From Girardia tigrina (taxonomy: Eukaryota), in contig MQRK01218788.1 in assembly GCA_001938485.1 (NCBI GenBank), positions 1 to 64,000 of the forward strand: a DNA stretch of 64,000 nt. Direction: 5' to 3'. A program made the position numbers and the translations under genes. The notes beneath the pieces are model-generated. The model was not told the DNA's origin, ran no database searches, and saw nothing but the letters and a program-made list of their open reading frames with translations. Positions 1 to 12,794 of the stretch are shown here, piece by piece; positions within the stretch are counted from its first letter, which is position 1; each line of letters opens with the position of its first letter.

Positions 1-536
1 CATAAAACAAATTAATTTGTATCTTTATAAAGTGCAGCCAACCATTTAGAGCCAATAAAGTGACATTAAGCGGAATGTGACTTTATCCGGGGTGACTATA
101 TGTGGGGTTTACTGTATACTGTAAACAAATTCAAATCTATCTGCTTTGTTACTATTTGCGGTCTGCGAATCCCCATTTAATTTTTTCTATGCAATTTTAT
201 CAGTTTAGATGTTACTTGCAAACAGTAAATACGAGTCACGCTTATATGTGCTGTGCTCGGAATTGCCAAGTAAGTTATTTATAATTTTATTTAGTATGCA
301 GCAATCGTTTTTGAGTTTCGTTTTAAAATTTTCACTTTAGAATGGATAAATCTTTGTCAGGCCTCCAAGACATTGCGAATAAGATTGATTTCGAAGAAGA
401 ATCCTCACCATTTCAAGACAGTGATGATAGTGATATAGATAAAAACTATGTACAAACATCTACCGACGATGATTCGTCAATATTTTGGGCTATAATATTA
501 CATGGATTACTAAATAAAAAAATCATGTTGAAAGGG
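1..536 (+). mobile_element. Non-autonomous piggyBac-like element, right end (starts left of the window)
   Basis: Ends AAAGGG|TTAA at 531-540, a piggyBac terminus plus TTAA target. Contains an acidic N-terminal remnant (DFEEESSPFQDSDDSDIDKNY) of the type seen in piggyBac transposases. Confidence 0.55.
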
Positions 537-737
537 TTAAAAGTTTTTTATATTTAAGTTTTAAGGATTTCAACTGACAGGAACCTACGGAAATTTAAGA
601 TGCCTGACAGAGAGGCAGTAATAAGGCATACGGAGATTATTGTACACACTCTACCTCACATCACTATTTCAGGTACCGTAAACTGGAAATCCTTGAATCA
701 TACTCTTCAGGGGGTGATCAAAACGGACACCAATTAA

Positions 738-1172
738 CCAGCGATGGCTAATTGGGCATGAAGAAGAACTGAAATTACTCATCAAAGATAAATCGTAAAA
801 ACGCACTGAGTTTGTGAGGTGTAGGGATAACACCAATTACTTGGCAGTTTTCAAAGAGCATAATATACGACGGCATTTCATTTCTAAACATGCAAATTAT
901 GGAAGCAATCTATCTGATGAAGCAAGAGTGCAAAATGCAAGTGATTCGTTGAAGCAGTTGAAAAAGCAGCGAAATATTTTTACAAAGCAAAAGAAAACTC
1001 AAGAGGCTGTAAGCAAAGCAAGTTTTCTTGTGGCATTTGATATTGCAAAAGAAGATAAAGCATTTTGTGATAGTGAATTCATCAATTGTTTTCTCGAAAT
1101 AAATTTTCTGGCCCACAGAAGAGCTTAGAAATTCGAGAGTGGCCCATTTAAAAAAAACTTTGCCCACCCCTA
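738..1172 (+). mobile_element. hAT (Charlie/SPIN/Buster-type) transposon fragment
   Basis: ORF 814-1128 (LAVFKEHNIRRHFISKH...VSKASFLVAFDIAKEDKAFCDSEFI) is GTF2IRD2/SPIN-like. Ends TTTGCCCACCCCT, a hAT-type terminus. Confidence 0.7.
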
Positions 1173-1174
1173 AT

Positions 1175-1945
1175 CTAGACGATGTTGGAATAAGCTGCGG
1201 AGGAACAAGAATATCCAACCTACGATTTGCTGATGAGATGAGTGTCAAAGAAATTCGGAATGGAAATCAACAGACAAAAAAGCAAAGTAATGGTTTCAGG
1301 AAGCCATAACGAGGTTAAACGTGAGATCGACAACTGGAACAAGTTAAGAGTTTCAAATACTTAAGCTCTACTATCACAGAGAATGGGGGAAGCGAAGAAG
1401 AAATCAGAAGCCGGATTGGTATATCAACAAGCGCAATGATTAAACTTAGCACAGTGTTTAACCTCAAATAAATCCATCTCAAGAGCAGATTAAAGATCAC
1501 TAAGGCTGTTGTCTGGGCAACACTCCTCCATGGATGCGAGAGTTGGACAATAAATCAGAAGAGCATTGATAGACTTAAATCATTTGAAATGAAGTGCTAC
1601 AGGAGAATGCTTAAGATCACGTGGAAAGAAAAGAAGACAAACAACTTTGTTTGGAGGAGAGTGACAGAAATAGTAGGTAAGAGACCGAATCAATAGAAGA
1701 GATCATCAAGAGAAGGAAGCTGAAATTCTACGGTCATCAAATAAGAAAACAAGCACTAGCAAAGGTTATGATTGAGGGAAGAGTGGAAGGAGAAAGACCA
1801 AAGAGGCAATGGATGGACGATTTAAAAGAATGGACTGCACTGAGTATGGAATGTCAGAGAAAAGAAGCTACAAATAGAGAGATGTGGCGAAGGCTTGTTT
1901 ATAATTGGGTGCACCCACGGCCCAACGGCTAAGGTCAAAAAAAAC
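1175..1945 (+). mobile_element. 5'-truncated RTE-clade LINE, degenerate RT C-terminal half
   Basis: Motifs ISNLRFADE, LEQVKSFKYLSSTIT, LLHGCESWT, FEMKCYRRML, KRRKLKFYGH, RPKRQWMDD, followed by an A-rich tail. Confidence 0.9.
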
Positions 1946-1993
1946 TTAAATTAAATAATAATTTTATAGAAATTAATCAATAAATTTCATTAC

Positions 1994-3382
1994 CGGGTTT
2001 CAGAACCGGTTTTTTAGCAACTTCCTTTGTCGGTTTCGGTGGTTGGCGACTGACGTTCTTGCTACTGAACTTGGCGACCGCGGGAACGGGCGGAGTCGGT
2101 TTAATCGGCACCTGCGCAAATAAAACAACGGGTTCAATCAAATCGGCGATAATCATCGCTCAAATACATTGAACTGCTTCCTATCGGGTGTCCCGATTAC
2201 CCGATTGTCGGGATCCCGCGTCGGTTCTTCAAATCGAGATTTTTCTTCCATCTTAAAACTCGAAATAATATTTATTATTTCTTTCACTTCTTCCGATTCC
2301 TGATTGAGCTCCATTTTCACCTGAGATCAATGATTATCTATCAATTATTGGGTGTATTTGTGTATGAGTCCCCACTGGTTTGAGAGATTAAATCAATAGA
2401 AACAATTTCAGTTATAATAAGTTTTAAAAAATAAATAATATATTTTTTTAAAAATTATCTAATATTAAATTGAAAATAAAAAAATAATTAAAATAAAAAA
2501 AATATAAATCGAAATATTTAAAATTAAAAAAATCAATATTCTAAGTAATCAATAATTAACAGAAAAAATATTTTTAAAAATAATTAAACCATATATTTAA
2601 ATTTTTAAAAAATTGTTAAATTATTTTAAAATTAAAAAAAAACGAAATAATAAAAAAAAATATTTTACAATTTTAATTAAAATTATCAAATGCAAAATAA
2701 TTTTAAAATATTTAAAAAAATAAAATTATTATAGCATATACTTAAAATCGAAAAAAATCTACGTAAGTCAAATAAATTATTTCAAAATTTACAACTAATA
2801 ATACAAAAAAAATTAAAAACAAAATAATTTTTAATATTTAAAATAAATGTTTTTAAAAAATAATTTTCAGTTTTTTAAACATTTTAAATTATCAAATATT
2901 TACAGAAAAAAACTATTTAAAATTTTGCACCAATTAAGTAAAAAAATTAAAAAAAAACAAAAATAATTTTCAAATATTAAAAAAATAATTTTAATGGAAA
3001 TAAATTAAAATAATTTATTAAATATTTATAAAATTATTTTAAAAAATTGAATAAACAAATTCTGATTAAGGAGACACTTAAACAGCTGTAATGACGATAA
3101 ACGAACAAAATCAAATGTCAACACGCGATTAAAAAATCTCAAATTTGCAGGGACCCAAAACAAAATACACCAAAATTATTGCTTTTTAGAAAATCTAGAA
3201 TTTTCCGTCTTTACATTGATCCATTTTTCTCGTAAACTGATTTTATCGATTGTGGAAATTATTTTGTTAATTTGAATAATCGCATATGTGTAATAGGTAA
3301 TTGACGATTCATAATTGCCCAAAAGAGCGTATTCTCGTGCCAATTTCGCGTTCTCGAATATTTCATCACCTTCTTTTGTCAT
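1994..3382 (-). CDS. KATNA1: Katanin p60 ATPase subunit A1(-like), exons 1-3 (MIT domain and linker); AAA domain not seen in the window
   Basis: ENAKLAREYALLGNYESS...WIN matches the katanin p60 N-terminus. GT-AG exons 3215-3382, 2168-2320 (VKMELNQESEEVKEIINIISSFK...RDPD) and 1994-2111 join in frame. Confidence 0.9.
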
Positions 3383-4356
3383 TTATAATCTGGTTGCCTT
3401 CTATCGAATTTAAATTTAAAAGAAATCTAATCTAAATACAATTTGAAGAATTTAAACAAATTCGGTATTTTTCTTTTACGGATTTTTAAAATTTATTTTG
3501 GTATTTTATATTAATTATGATTTTTTTTGAAAATAATATGAAATGGTTATTATAATCTTCACACTTGATAATTAAATAATAATAGGTTATTTAATATTTT
3601 AAACATTTAACATTTTCTATAACATCCTACATTGACATGGGTTCCATTTAAAAAGAGCCAAATTAAATGAACCAACAATAAATAATATTATTAATAAAAA
3701 AAAATTTTATAAAAACAACCACGTTTTTCAAGCATTACCAATGCATTAAAAAGAGGAAAATAATTTTTTTCTAGACATGTGAGAAATTTTATACCTANNN
3801 NNNNNNNNNNNNNNNNNNNNNNNNNNNNNNNNNNNNNNNNNNNNNNNNNNNNNNNNNNNNNNNNNNNNNNNNNNNNNNNNNNNNNNNNNNNNNNNNNNNN
3901 NNNNNNNNNNNNNNNNNNNNNNNNNNNNNNNNNNNNNNNNNNNNNNNNNNNNNNNNNNNNNNNNNNNNNNNNNNGCCTGTATAAAACTTCATTCATGAAA
4001 ATAAACGAAAAGATTGCTATTTAATACAGTGTATAAATTTGTAGATAATCGTAAGTGGTTTTTTGCAAAAAAATTAGAAAAAAAATTTTTTTTTCAAAAT
4101 TTTTTTATCAAATTGTATTGTCATCGGAAACAATCCTGTATAAAAAATTCAGCTCAATTGGATTGTTAAGATAATTAAATTAATATCAATACATATTTAT
4201 GTTTAAATTCATATCTCTATTTATAAATATATAAAGGATCCATTATATGATTATATAGACTCCTGAAATTGTTTGAATCAATCAACGTAATTATAAATTA
4301 CGCGCATAATTTAATTTTGATTAGAAATAAATATTTCTTCTAGTTTCGATTTTTTA

Positions 4357-5372
4357 ATGAATAATTCTTACTTGGCGGCCACGCCTAGCATCGTTAATAA
4401 TTTAGCACCGAAGATATTCGATGGGAACAGCGATCTAGAAGACTTCATCGGCGATTGTCAACGATTTTTCGAGGTATGTCAAATCAATGAATCAATCCAA
4501 ATGCTTATGGTGAAAGCATTTATCGGAAGAGACCTACTCGCAACATATGAAGCAGTAGATTCGAAAATCGTGGATTTTTCAGAACGATTACAGAAAGCGT
4601 TCAAAAAACCAACATCGTTGATCCAAGGATCAGACTCGGCTCCTGCATTTTTCAATAAAGTGGAAAAAAATGGTCGATAAAATTCTGAATCACAAATGGA
4701 ACAAGCAAGAACTCATGTCCTATATTTTGACCCATTGTGTGGAAGATGTCAATATGAATACTCAAATTTTAATGCATGAAGCAAAATCACCAGAGGCAAT
4801 AAAATCGGTGATAGAGAAGATGGAGACTATCAAATCGAAAGTGGAAGTCAATGAAATCGCTAATATTCAAAGACAGAAAACCTTCGCAAATGTCTTGAAA
4901 GCCCGTTCCCAATTTCCGATCCACCAAAGTTTTCAAAATCAAAGAAGCAATCCGTCAAGAGATTTTAAAAGATATGCAACAATTTCATACAACAAAGTGG
5001 AGAAAAGGATGGTAAATCTTTTGTTTGTTATCATTGCAGGAAATCTGGACACATTCGTCGAGATTGTCCAGAAATATCAAGAATCTGTTATGAATGCCGT
5101 GATGTTGGACATATTCGGAAAGATTGCCCATATGTTAAATGTTCCAAATACGATAGCCATTGATATTTAGGATATCAATGTTTCAAAAATAAAGCCAGAA
5201 TGCCAACTTGGAATCAAAGATCTGGCCAATTTGGTCGATATGAGCAGCAATACCGATGAGACGTGGCTGGAGTAGACGAAATAAATGATTCAAGATCAGT
5301 TGAATNTGAAACAGATAGACCGTCAAACTTCGAGGCCCCATCAAATCAGGAGATGGTGGGAGCCATAAATTA
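4357..5372 (+). pseudogene. gag: gag of gypsy element (frameshifted; two intact and one decayed CCHC zinc knuckle)
   Basis: PKIFDG capsid-type start; CYHCRKSGHIRRDC and CYECRDVGHIRKDC at about 5025-5130. Confidence 0.85.
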
Positions 5373-8300
5373 AAATGTAAGAATATTTTGGATCCTTATA
5401 TATGTAATATTAGTAGTTGTAAATGTATTTATAATAGTAATAATATATATCTTAATTATGATATTGGTAGTATTTATAATAAAAATAATAATAATAATAA
5501 TAATATTAATAACAGTGATGTAACTAATGTAGAGGGTATAGCATTTATAGAGAATACTAGAGGTAGTACAATCTTGAAGAGCACAGATCGATATTTATTA
5601 ACATTTGTAATGAAGTCGAAAGATAAGTTAAGTAATAATGTTTTTAATGGGAGGCCAAGCATGTTGACAAAAATTGGCGGTTTGGAATTAAACTGTTTGC
5701 TTGACACAGGAGCTCGAATTAATGTATTGGATGAAAAGATTGTTAAAGAGTTACAGATTTTGATAGATAATAAATCTATAATGAATGTAGTTTGTGTCAA
5801 TGGTATTGGTATGGAGTTGTCAGGTACATGTAGAATTAATGTTATGTGGCGGAGTCTAAAAATAAATGCATTATTTTATATCGCGAAGAGAGTATTTCCA
5901 TCTGTTATTTTTGGAATAAAATTAATAAGTGATTTAGGTTTCGAACTTAAATGTAATGGAGTGATTACATCTGAAAAAGAGGATATAATGAGCGATTCAA
6001 AGACAAATATTTGTGCATTAAACCCATAAGTAGGTAAATTTCAATATAATGAGAAAAATAGAATGCAAAATGCAATTGAGAAATTAAATCTGAAGACTAA
6101 TACAACTTCATATAAGTGCGTCGAAAAATACAAAAATATATTTATGGCTGGTAAATGGGATATAGGGAAGACTAAGTTAGTGAAGCATGAGATTAAGACA
6201 ATAGGTGAGCCCAATTTACAGAAACCCCGTCGTCAACCAGCTCACTTGGAAAACCATATTGATGAAGCAATATGGAATTTGGAACAACATGGAATAATAA
6301 TGAAATGATCTTCCCCCTGGAACACACCCATGGTCTGCGTATGGAAGAAAGAGAAAAAGGAAATTCGTTTGTGTCTAGACTTTAGACTTTTAAATCAGAT
6401 TACAGAAAGACCTGCCTTCCCAATGCCAAATATAGATGAGATGCTAGATTCTTTGAAAGGAGCCCGATGGTTTAGTTCTGTGGATTTAGGAAACGCTTAC
6501 TATCAAGTGTAGTTGTAAGAAAATTCGAGATTGAAAACTGCCTTTTCAACCAAAACAGGACAGTTTTGTTTTACGAGAATGCCTTTCGGCATAGCAGCGG
6601 CACCAGCAACGTTTCAAAAGTTGATGACAGATGTTTTGGGAGAAATGTTATGGAAGGAGGCATTAGTTTACCTGTACGACATTTTAATATTTTCAGAAAC
6701 AGAAGCACAACATTTAGACCGACTAGACAAGCTATTTTTGAAGATTCAAGCTGCAGGACTCAGAATAAACCCAGAAAAGTGTAAACTTTTTCAAACAGAA
6801 TTAAAATTTTTAGGTCACATCGTTAACAGAGATGGGATTAAGACAGATCCTAAAAAAATCAGAGCAATTCAAGATTTCGAAAGACCAAATTGTATTAAAA
6901 AGTTACGAAGTTTCTTGGGGTTATGTAACTATTACAGGAAATTTATTCAACAATATTCGAAATTATCTAAACCATTAGAGGAAGTATGTAGAAGTTCAAA
7001 AGATAAACTTTATTGGTCTGACTCCCATACTGAGGCATTTAAAAGATTGAAGGAAGCATTGATATCGACCCCAGTACTGTGTTACCCTGACTTTCAAAAA
7101 GAATTTATTTTAGATACGGATGCGTCATTTGACACTTTAGGTGTAGTTTTGGCCCAAATAAATGACAAAGGTGAGGAACAAGTGATTGCATATGGTTCGA
7201 AAACTATGTCAAAGCATGAAATTAGATATTGTATTACTCGGAAAGAGTTATTGGCTATTTTTTATTTCACTCAGCACTTTAAACATTATCTGTATGGTGC
7301 AAGTTTTAAATTGCGAACCGATCACAAAGCAATAGAATTTATGATGACCACAAAGAAACCAATAACACCATAATTCCAAAACTGGATGAATTATTTAAGT
7401 AGCTTAGATATGCTTTTAGAGTACAGAAAAGGAATATTACATCAAAACGCAGATGCCTTGTCGAGAACAGATTGTATGACATGTGCGCAATGTCTTATTA
7501 AGCATGATGAAGCAAAATTGACCAAATCAAGGTCAAGAATGGTTGCAATAGATGAAAAGGAATTGCATATCCCTTGGCAACAAAGTTACGATGAAATTAA
7601 AGAAATATTAGGAAAGTTAAATAGTGGTAGTAGTATAAATTTTAAGGAATGCAATGGTTGTGTAAGAACTTTGACAGACAAAATTTGGATCCCAAAAAAT
7701 TCAAGGAAAAACTGTACAACTTTCTTTCATAAATTTTTGAGCCATGCCGGTGTGAATAAAGTATATTCTTTCATGAAAGACGAATATGATATGGATAGTT
7801 TTACTAAAGAAATAGAATCAGTGGTTCGTAGTTGTCCTACCTGTCAGTTATCTAAAACATACACGGGAAAAACGAAAGAAGTATCTCTTGACTTAGTATC
7901 TCAGCGCCCTTTAGATGATATTTATATAGATTTTTGTGGACCATTGCCTGTAGTTGGTGGTAAAAAATATATTATAGGAATTATCGACAGATTCAGCAGG
8001 TATATAAGTTTAACAGCCGTGAATAGTCAAGATGAAGAAACATTAATTACAACAATCCAACATAAGTGGATATTTAGATTTGGAGCACCCGCANNNNNNN
8101 NNNNNNNNNNNNNNNNNNNNNNNNNNNNNNNNNNNNNNNNNNNTAAAGAAATATTAGGAAAGTTAAATAGTGGTAGTAGTATAAATTTTAAGGAATGCAA
8201 TGGTTGTGTAAGAACTTTGACAGACAAAATTTGGATCCCAAAAAATTCAAGGAAAAACTGTACAACTTTCTTTCATAAATTTTTGAGCCATGCCGGTGTG

Positions 8301-9231
8301 AATAAAGTATATTCTTTCATGAAAGACGAATATGATATGGATAGTTTTACTAAAGAAATAGAATCAGTGGTTCGTAGTTGTCCTACCTGTCAGTTATCTA
8401 AAACATACACGGGAAAAACNNNNNNNNNNNNNNNNNNNNNNNNNNNNNNNNNNNNNNNNNNNNNNNNNNNNNNNNNNNNNNNNNNNNNNNNNNNNNNNNN
8501 NNNNNNNNNNNNNNNNNNNNNNNNNNNNNNNNNNNNNNNNNNNNNNNNNNNNNNNNNNNNNNNNNNNNNNNNNNNNNNNNNNNNNNNNNNNAACATTAAT
8601 TACAACAATCCAACATAAGTGGATATTTAGATTTGGAGCACCCGCAAATATTCATGTAGATCGAGGGAAAGTCTTCGAGTCAAAAAGTTTTAAAGAATAT
8701 GCTAAATCTATTTTAATTACAATTCACTTTTCCAGTCCATATCCTCATAGTTCAAACGGCATAATATAACGTCAATTTCGAACTATTCGAGATGCACTGA
8801 ATGCAACACTGAAAGATAGAGGAGGTTCAAACTGGGTTGATATTCTCCCAGAAATTGAATTTAGCATTAATGTGTCCAGACAAAGCACCNNNNNNNNNNN
8901 NNNNNNNNNNNNNNNNNNNNNNNNNNNNNNNNNNNNNNNNNNNNNNNNTCACTATGAATTAGACAATAAAAAGATTATTGAAAAAATTAAACAAAGTGAG
9001 GCAAGTAAATCAGGCAAATCAAATACACCAAGACGAGAATATAAGGAAGGTGATTTAGTTCTAGTAAAGATAGAGAATATACAGAAAGGAACAGACCGTT
9101 ATGAAGGCCCTTATGAAATAATACAGAAACTCCATAATCGATCTGTTGAAATGAAAAATAAAACCGGAAGGGTTATAGTTAGAAATATAGAATGGCTGAA
9201 ACCTTTTAAAGAAGGGGGGGTGTTAGGATAA
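5322..9231 (+). pseudogene. pol: pol of gypsy element (PR-RT-RH-IN) with in-frame stops and assembly gaps
   Basis: ORF pieces 5388-6029, 6063-6308, 6330-6512, 6531-7373, 7386-8093 and 8950-9231 carry the canonical domain motifs in gypsy order. Confidence 0.92.
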
Positions 9232-11005
9232 TTTAAATTAATATCAATACATATTTATATTTAAATTCATATCTCTATTTATAAATATATAAAGGATCCA
9301 TTATATGATTATATAGACTCCTGAAATTGTTTGAATCAATCAACGTAATTATAAATTACGTGCATAATTTAATTTTGATTAGAAATAAATATTTCTAGTT
9401 TCGATTTTTTTAATGAATAATTCTTACATGGATGACTGAAAGTGGTCGAAAAATCAATCGCAAGATTTGTTCCAGACAAACAGACAAACAGACAAGAAAG
9501 CAAGCTAATAAAAACGTGGTAAAAATAGAATAAAATTTAAATAATAATTGAAGTAAAATTTTACTAAAAACAGTTTAAATAAAAAGAATATAATAAAATT
9601 ATTTTTTGATATTTTATTATTTACTTTAAATCATAGATTACAAGCAATTCCAATTAAGTAAAATATAATATATCCTAATTCATCAAACTGATTTTTTTAT
9701 TTAATCAATCTTTGTGTTCCACCGTTGTGAGGAATATTTGAATGTTTGAATGTCTATGTTGATTTGGAAATGTGTCTCTCCTACCCAGATGGATGATTAA
9801 TATTTTAATTATTATTATCTAAAAATATGTAATGTTTAAATTTATTTTTAATTTCAAATAATTTGACAATTTTAAATAAGTTTATTAATTTTTATAATAT
9901 TTAATAAATAAATCACATTAATATTTTTTAAATAATTAATTATCATTTTAATTATTATCCAATACGTCTTGAGTAAATATTTTAATAAAATATTTATTTC
10001 CCTATTTGCTAAAAAATAATGAGAATTAATCCATTAATCAATTTCGCTTTGAATGCAAATGTACCAAAGTTTTGACAAAGATTGTCTTAAGGACAATCAA
10101 AATTGTTGTTTAAATAAAAATATAAAAAGTCAAATTGGTGTTCTTAATAACCGTAATTTTGTGATAATTAATTTTTTATTATTATTTTATTTTTCGTTCA
10201 TTTTTCGTTAGCTTTCGATTCTTTTGCGTTTTTTTGCGAGTAGTTTATCATCTATTTAGGGATTGTAATGATTTTTCGTTATTTTTAGGATGTTTTAACT
10301 TCTTTTACGATTTTAATTATAAGATTCTTATAATTTTTGTTTTAATTAACTAATCTTAATTTTTTATTTCATCATATTGTTGGAATATAGGTGATCTTTT
10401 AATAGATAAAATAGGATGATTAAAACAAATGGAACTTGTCTTTTTAGATATTTATTTGTTATGTAAAAATACAATCTGATAATTAAAAACAACTTATCCT
10501 ATTTATGATTTGGTATTTTAGATAAGAAGGGAGAAGAAAATTCTTCTGCCCCACTGATTTTAAGAAAAGAAAATATATAAGGATATTTTAATCAAATATA
10601 AATAATTATATATTTAATTCGCACTACTTTTTTTAGTTTTCTTCTTTTTTTAGTATAGCCTTTCGTCTTCCTTTTATACAATATTGGTTCGCGTGAAGTG
10701 GGTTCTTGACTGTCGTGCTAGTACCACTAAATCTTTTTTTACACCTGGCCTTTAAACTTTTAGTTTTTCTCAATTAGTAAACTTCTCGCACCTGACGATT
10801 AACTTTTCTTTTACAAATAATTTAAGTTAATAATTAAGTCTAAAATAAATTCTTGCAAGTTAATCTCTAAAATCTTTCCCTTTTATACCTTTTTTTCACT
10901 TCTTATTTTCTTTCTTTATAAAATTATTCAATCTATTTATTTCCTTTTGATAAATCCATTATTTCTTTATCTTTTATAATTATATTATTTAATTAATTTT
11001 ACCTG

Positions 11006-11008
<3 letters not shown>

Positions 11009-11046
<38 letters not shown>
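11009..11046. repeat. (TA)n microsatellite
   Basis: About 19 TA units, seen directly. Confidence 0.95.
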
Positions 11047-11053
<7 letters not shown>

Positions 11054-11415
11054 ATTTTTAATATGGTAGAAAGTAACTATCTATATTTAACTTTATTTAA
11101 TTAAACAAAATTTTTATAAAATACTTTTATTAAATATTTATACTCAATAATATTTTATTAAATTTAATTCTATCGCAACAGTAGCTAGGAAATAACCAAA
11201 AGGCAAAGAGAAAAACCATAAAAAACAAATGCCTTTAAGCTATTCTAACATATATGTACAGAATGTTTTTTAGAAATGAAAAGGTAAGATACTAAGACCT
11301 AGTTTAGCATTAAAGTTGATTTAAAGTCTGAGAGATTGTGAGAATATCAATCAAATTTACTAACAAAAATAAATCTTAACATATAAGGTAAGATTTTTTT
11401 ATAACTTAATAATAG

Positions 11416-12049
11416 TGTTAGGACTTCGAAAAATACATATGGATATTTTTAACAAAATTTTTGTGTATAAAAAATTTAAAATAATTCTTTAAGTAAAATT
11501 ATTAATTTCAGACAAAATAATATTTAGTTTAACAAAATTTGAAATTAAAAATTATAAATATTTTGGTGTTTGTTTTATTTGATCAATTTTCAAGGCTGAT
11601 GAAAACTATTATATAAACAGCAGCGAATTCATTTTTAGATTGCCAAAAAATTTTTACAAAAATTCAGCTCAAAAAATTGATCTTGAGTAAAGTTATTATT
11701 AATTTTACTTTATATTTTTGAAATTTAAAACCATAAGTATCCCGTAGGGGAGAACAAGGTTTTTAAGTAGAAAAAAACATCGTTCGTTTTGGAGATTCAC
11801 GGTTTTTACTGATATTTATTAACTCGCACGAAATATTAATTTGTGTTTGAGTTCTGTTATCAAAGAATTGGATTATTAGTATTGTTTTACGTGTTCATTT
11901 TTGTTATTTGAAAATAAAGTTTTAATAAAGAAATTGTGTTCACTTGTTTATATATTTGTGTCGGAAGAGCGTCCTGAATTATTGGAGTCAGATATAAAGG
12001 TGTGGTTAAAAGTTTGATAATAAAATTTGAATATTTTTAATAACCAACA
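11416..12049 (+). mobile_element. Solo LTR (family X, copy 1)
   Basis: TGTTAGG...CCAACA; alignable along its length with 55982-56650; flanks ATAG/ATAC (degenerate 4-bp TSD). Confidence 0.85.
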
Positions 12050-12559
12050 ATACTTTGATTTTTTTATTTCAGGTTTTACTAGAATTAACAGTTAAGCCAT
12101 ATTAAAATTGTTTCATACTGATTGATTGTCTTCATTTAATACAAATCTCTGATAAAATTGAACCATCAACAATTTCAATGCGAAGTTACTAACGTAGACG
12201 TATTTATTTGAATTGCAATCGAATTGCCAATAAAAGTAAATTCTTGGATTTTGATCAAAAATTTATGAACTTTGACAACTGGGTACTACGTACTCGAACT
12301 CGGAGGCGCCATCATAGCAATTTGAAAAAAAGACTGCACATGGAAGACTGCAAACAGGTGGTCAATGTTTTTTTCAATTTGAGTATTCAATTATTATTTA
12401 ACGCAATTTTTAGTCGCATGAACAGTCTCGCAAAACCATTAATAGTCCTGTATTCGTCTATTTGGTTATAAAATTCGATTTTATTTTCAGTTACAAAAGC
12501 AATGCCTTAGTATTATAATATTTTTCAAACAAAATTGAGAAATAATTTCAAATATTTTT

Positions 12560-12678
12560 TATATATCCAATACCGAAATACCGGTATTGAGCCAACCTGA
12601 TACCGGTAATACGGTAGCCTAAAAAATTCCGGTAATACGGTATACTGGTATCGGTACTACCGGTATTGGATGCACTAA
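12560..12678. mobile_element. hAT-like terminal remnant with ATACCGGTA subterminal repeats
   Basis: Clustered TACCGGTA/TACGGTA motifs ending TGCACTA. Confidence 0.45.
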
Positions 12679-12794
12679 CTGTTTCCATCCTAAACCCTTT
12701 TTTTGCGTTTATAAAAAAATCTGTTTTCTACAGATGGATACTCAAAAAACATTTTACTCAAACATTTTTTATTAAATCAAAAGTCCGTGTTTAT

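Larger units (their letters stand above)
4164..9428 (+). mobile_element. Full-length Ty3/gypsy LTR retrotransposon (inactivated)
   Basis: LTRs at 4164-4372 and 9221-9428 (about 208 bp, nearly identical); 5-bp TSD TGGAT on both sides; PBS TGGCGGCCACG; PPT AAAGAAGGGGGGG; gag with CCHC knuckles; protease LLDTGA; RT (RLCLDFR, MPFG, YLYD); RNase H DTDAS; integrase HHCC and YIDFCGP. Several stops and frameshifts. Confidence 0.97.
3711..9524. mobile_element. Helentron/DINE-1-like non-autonomous element (HINE) interrupted by the gypsy insertion
   Basis: Sub-terminal inverted repeats ACCACGTTTTT (3718-3728) and AAAAACGTGGT (9510-9520); CAGACAAA-type microsatellite at about 9473-9495; A/T-rich flanks. 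Confidence 0.55.

Noticed and set aside
8144-8647. Apparent tandem duplication of the integrase N-terminus
   Set aside because: Essentially identical to 7598-7873 and 8039-8093 and bounded by N gaps; most likely an assembly artefact.
6306-8770. G>T mutational bias in gypsy pol
   Set aside because: Ascertainment bias: Glu-to-stop changes are necessarily G>T. It cannot be assessed without a consensus.
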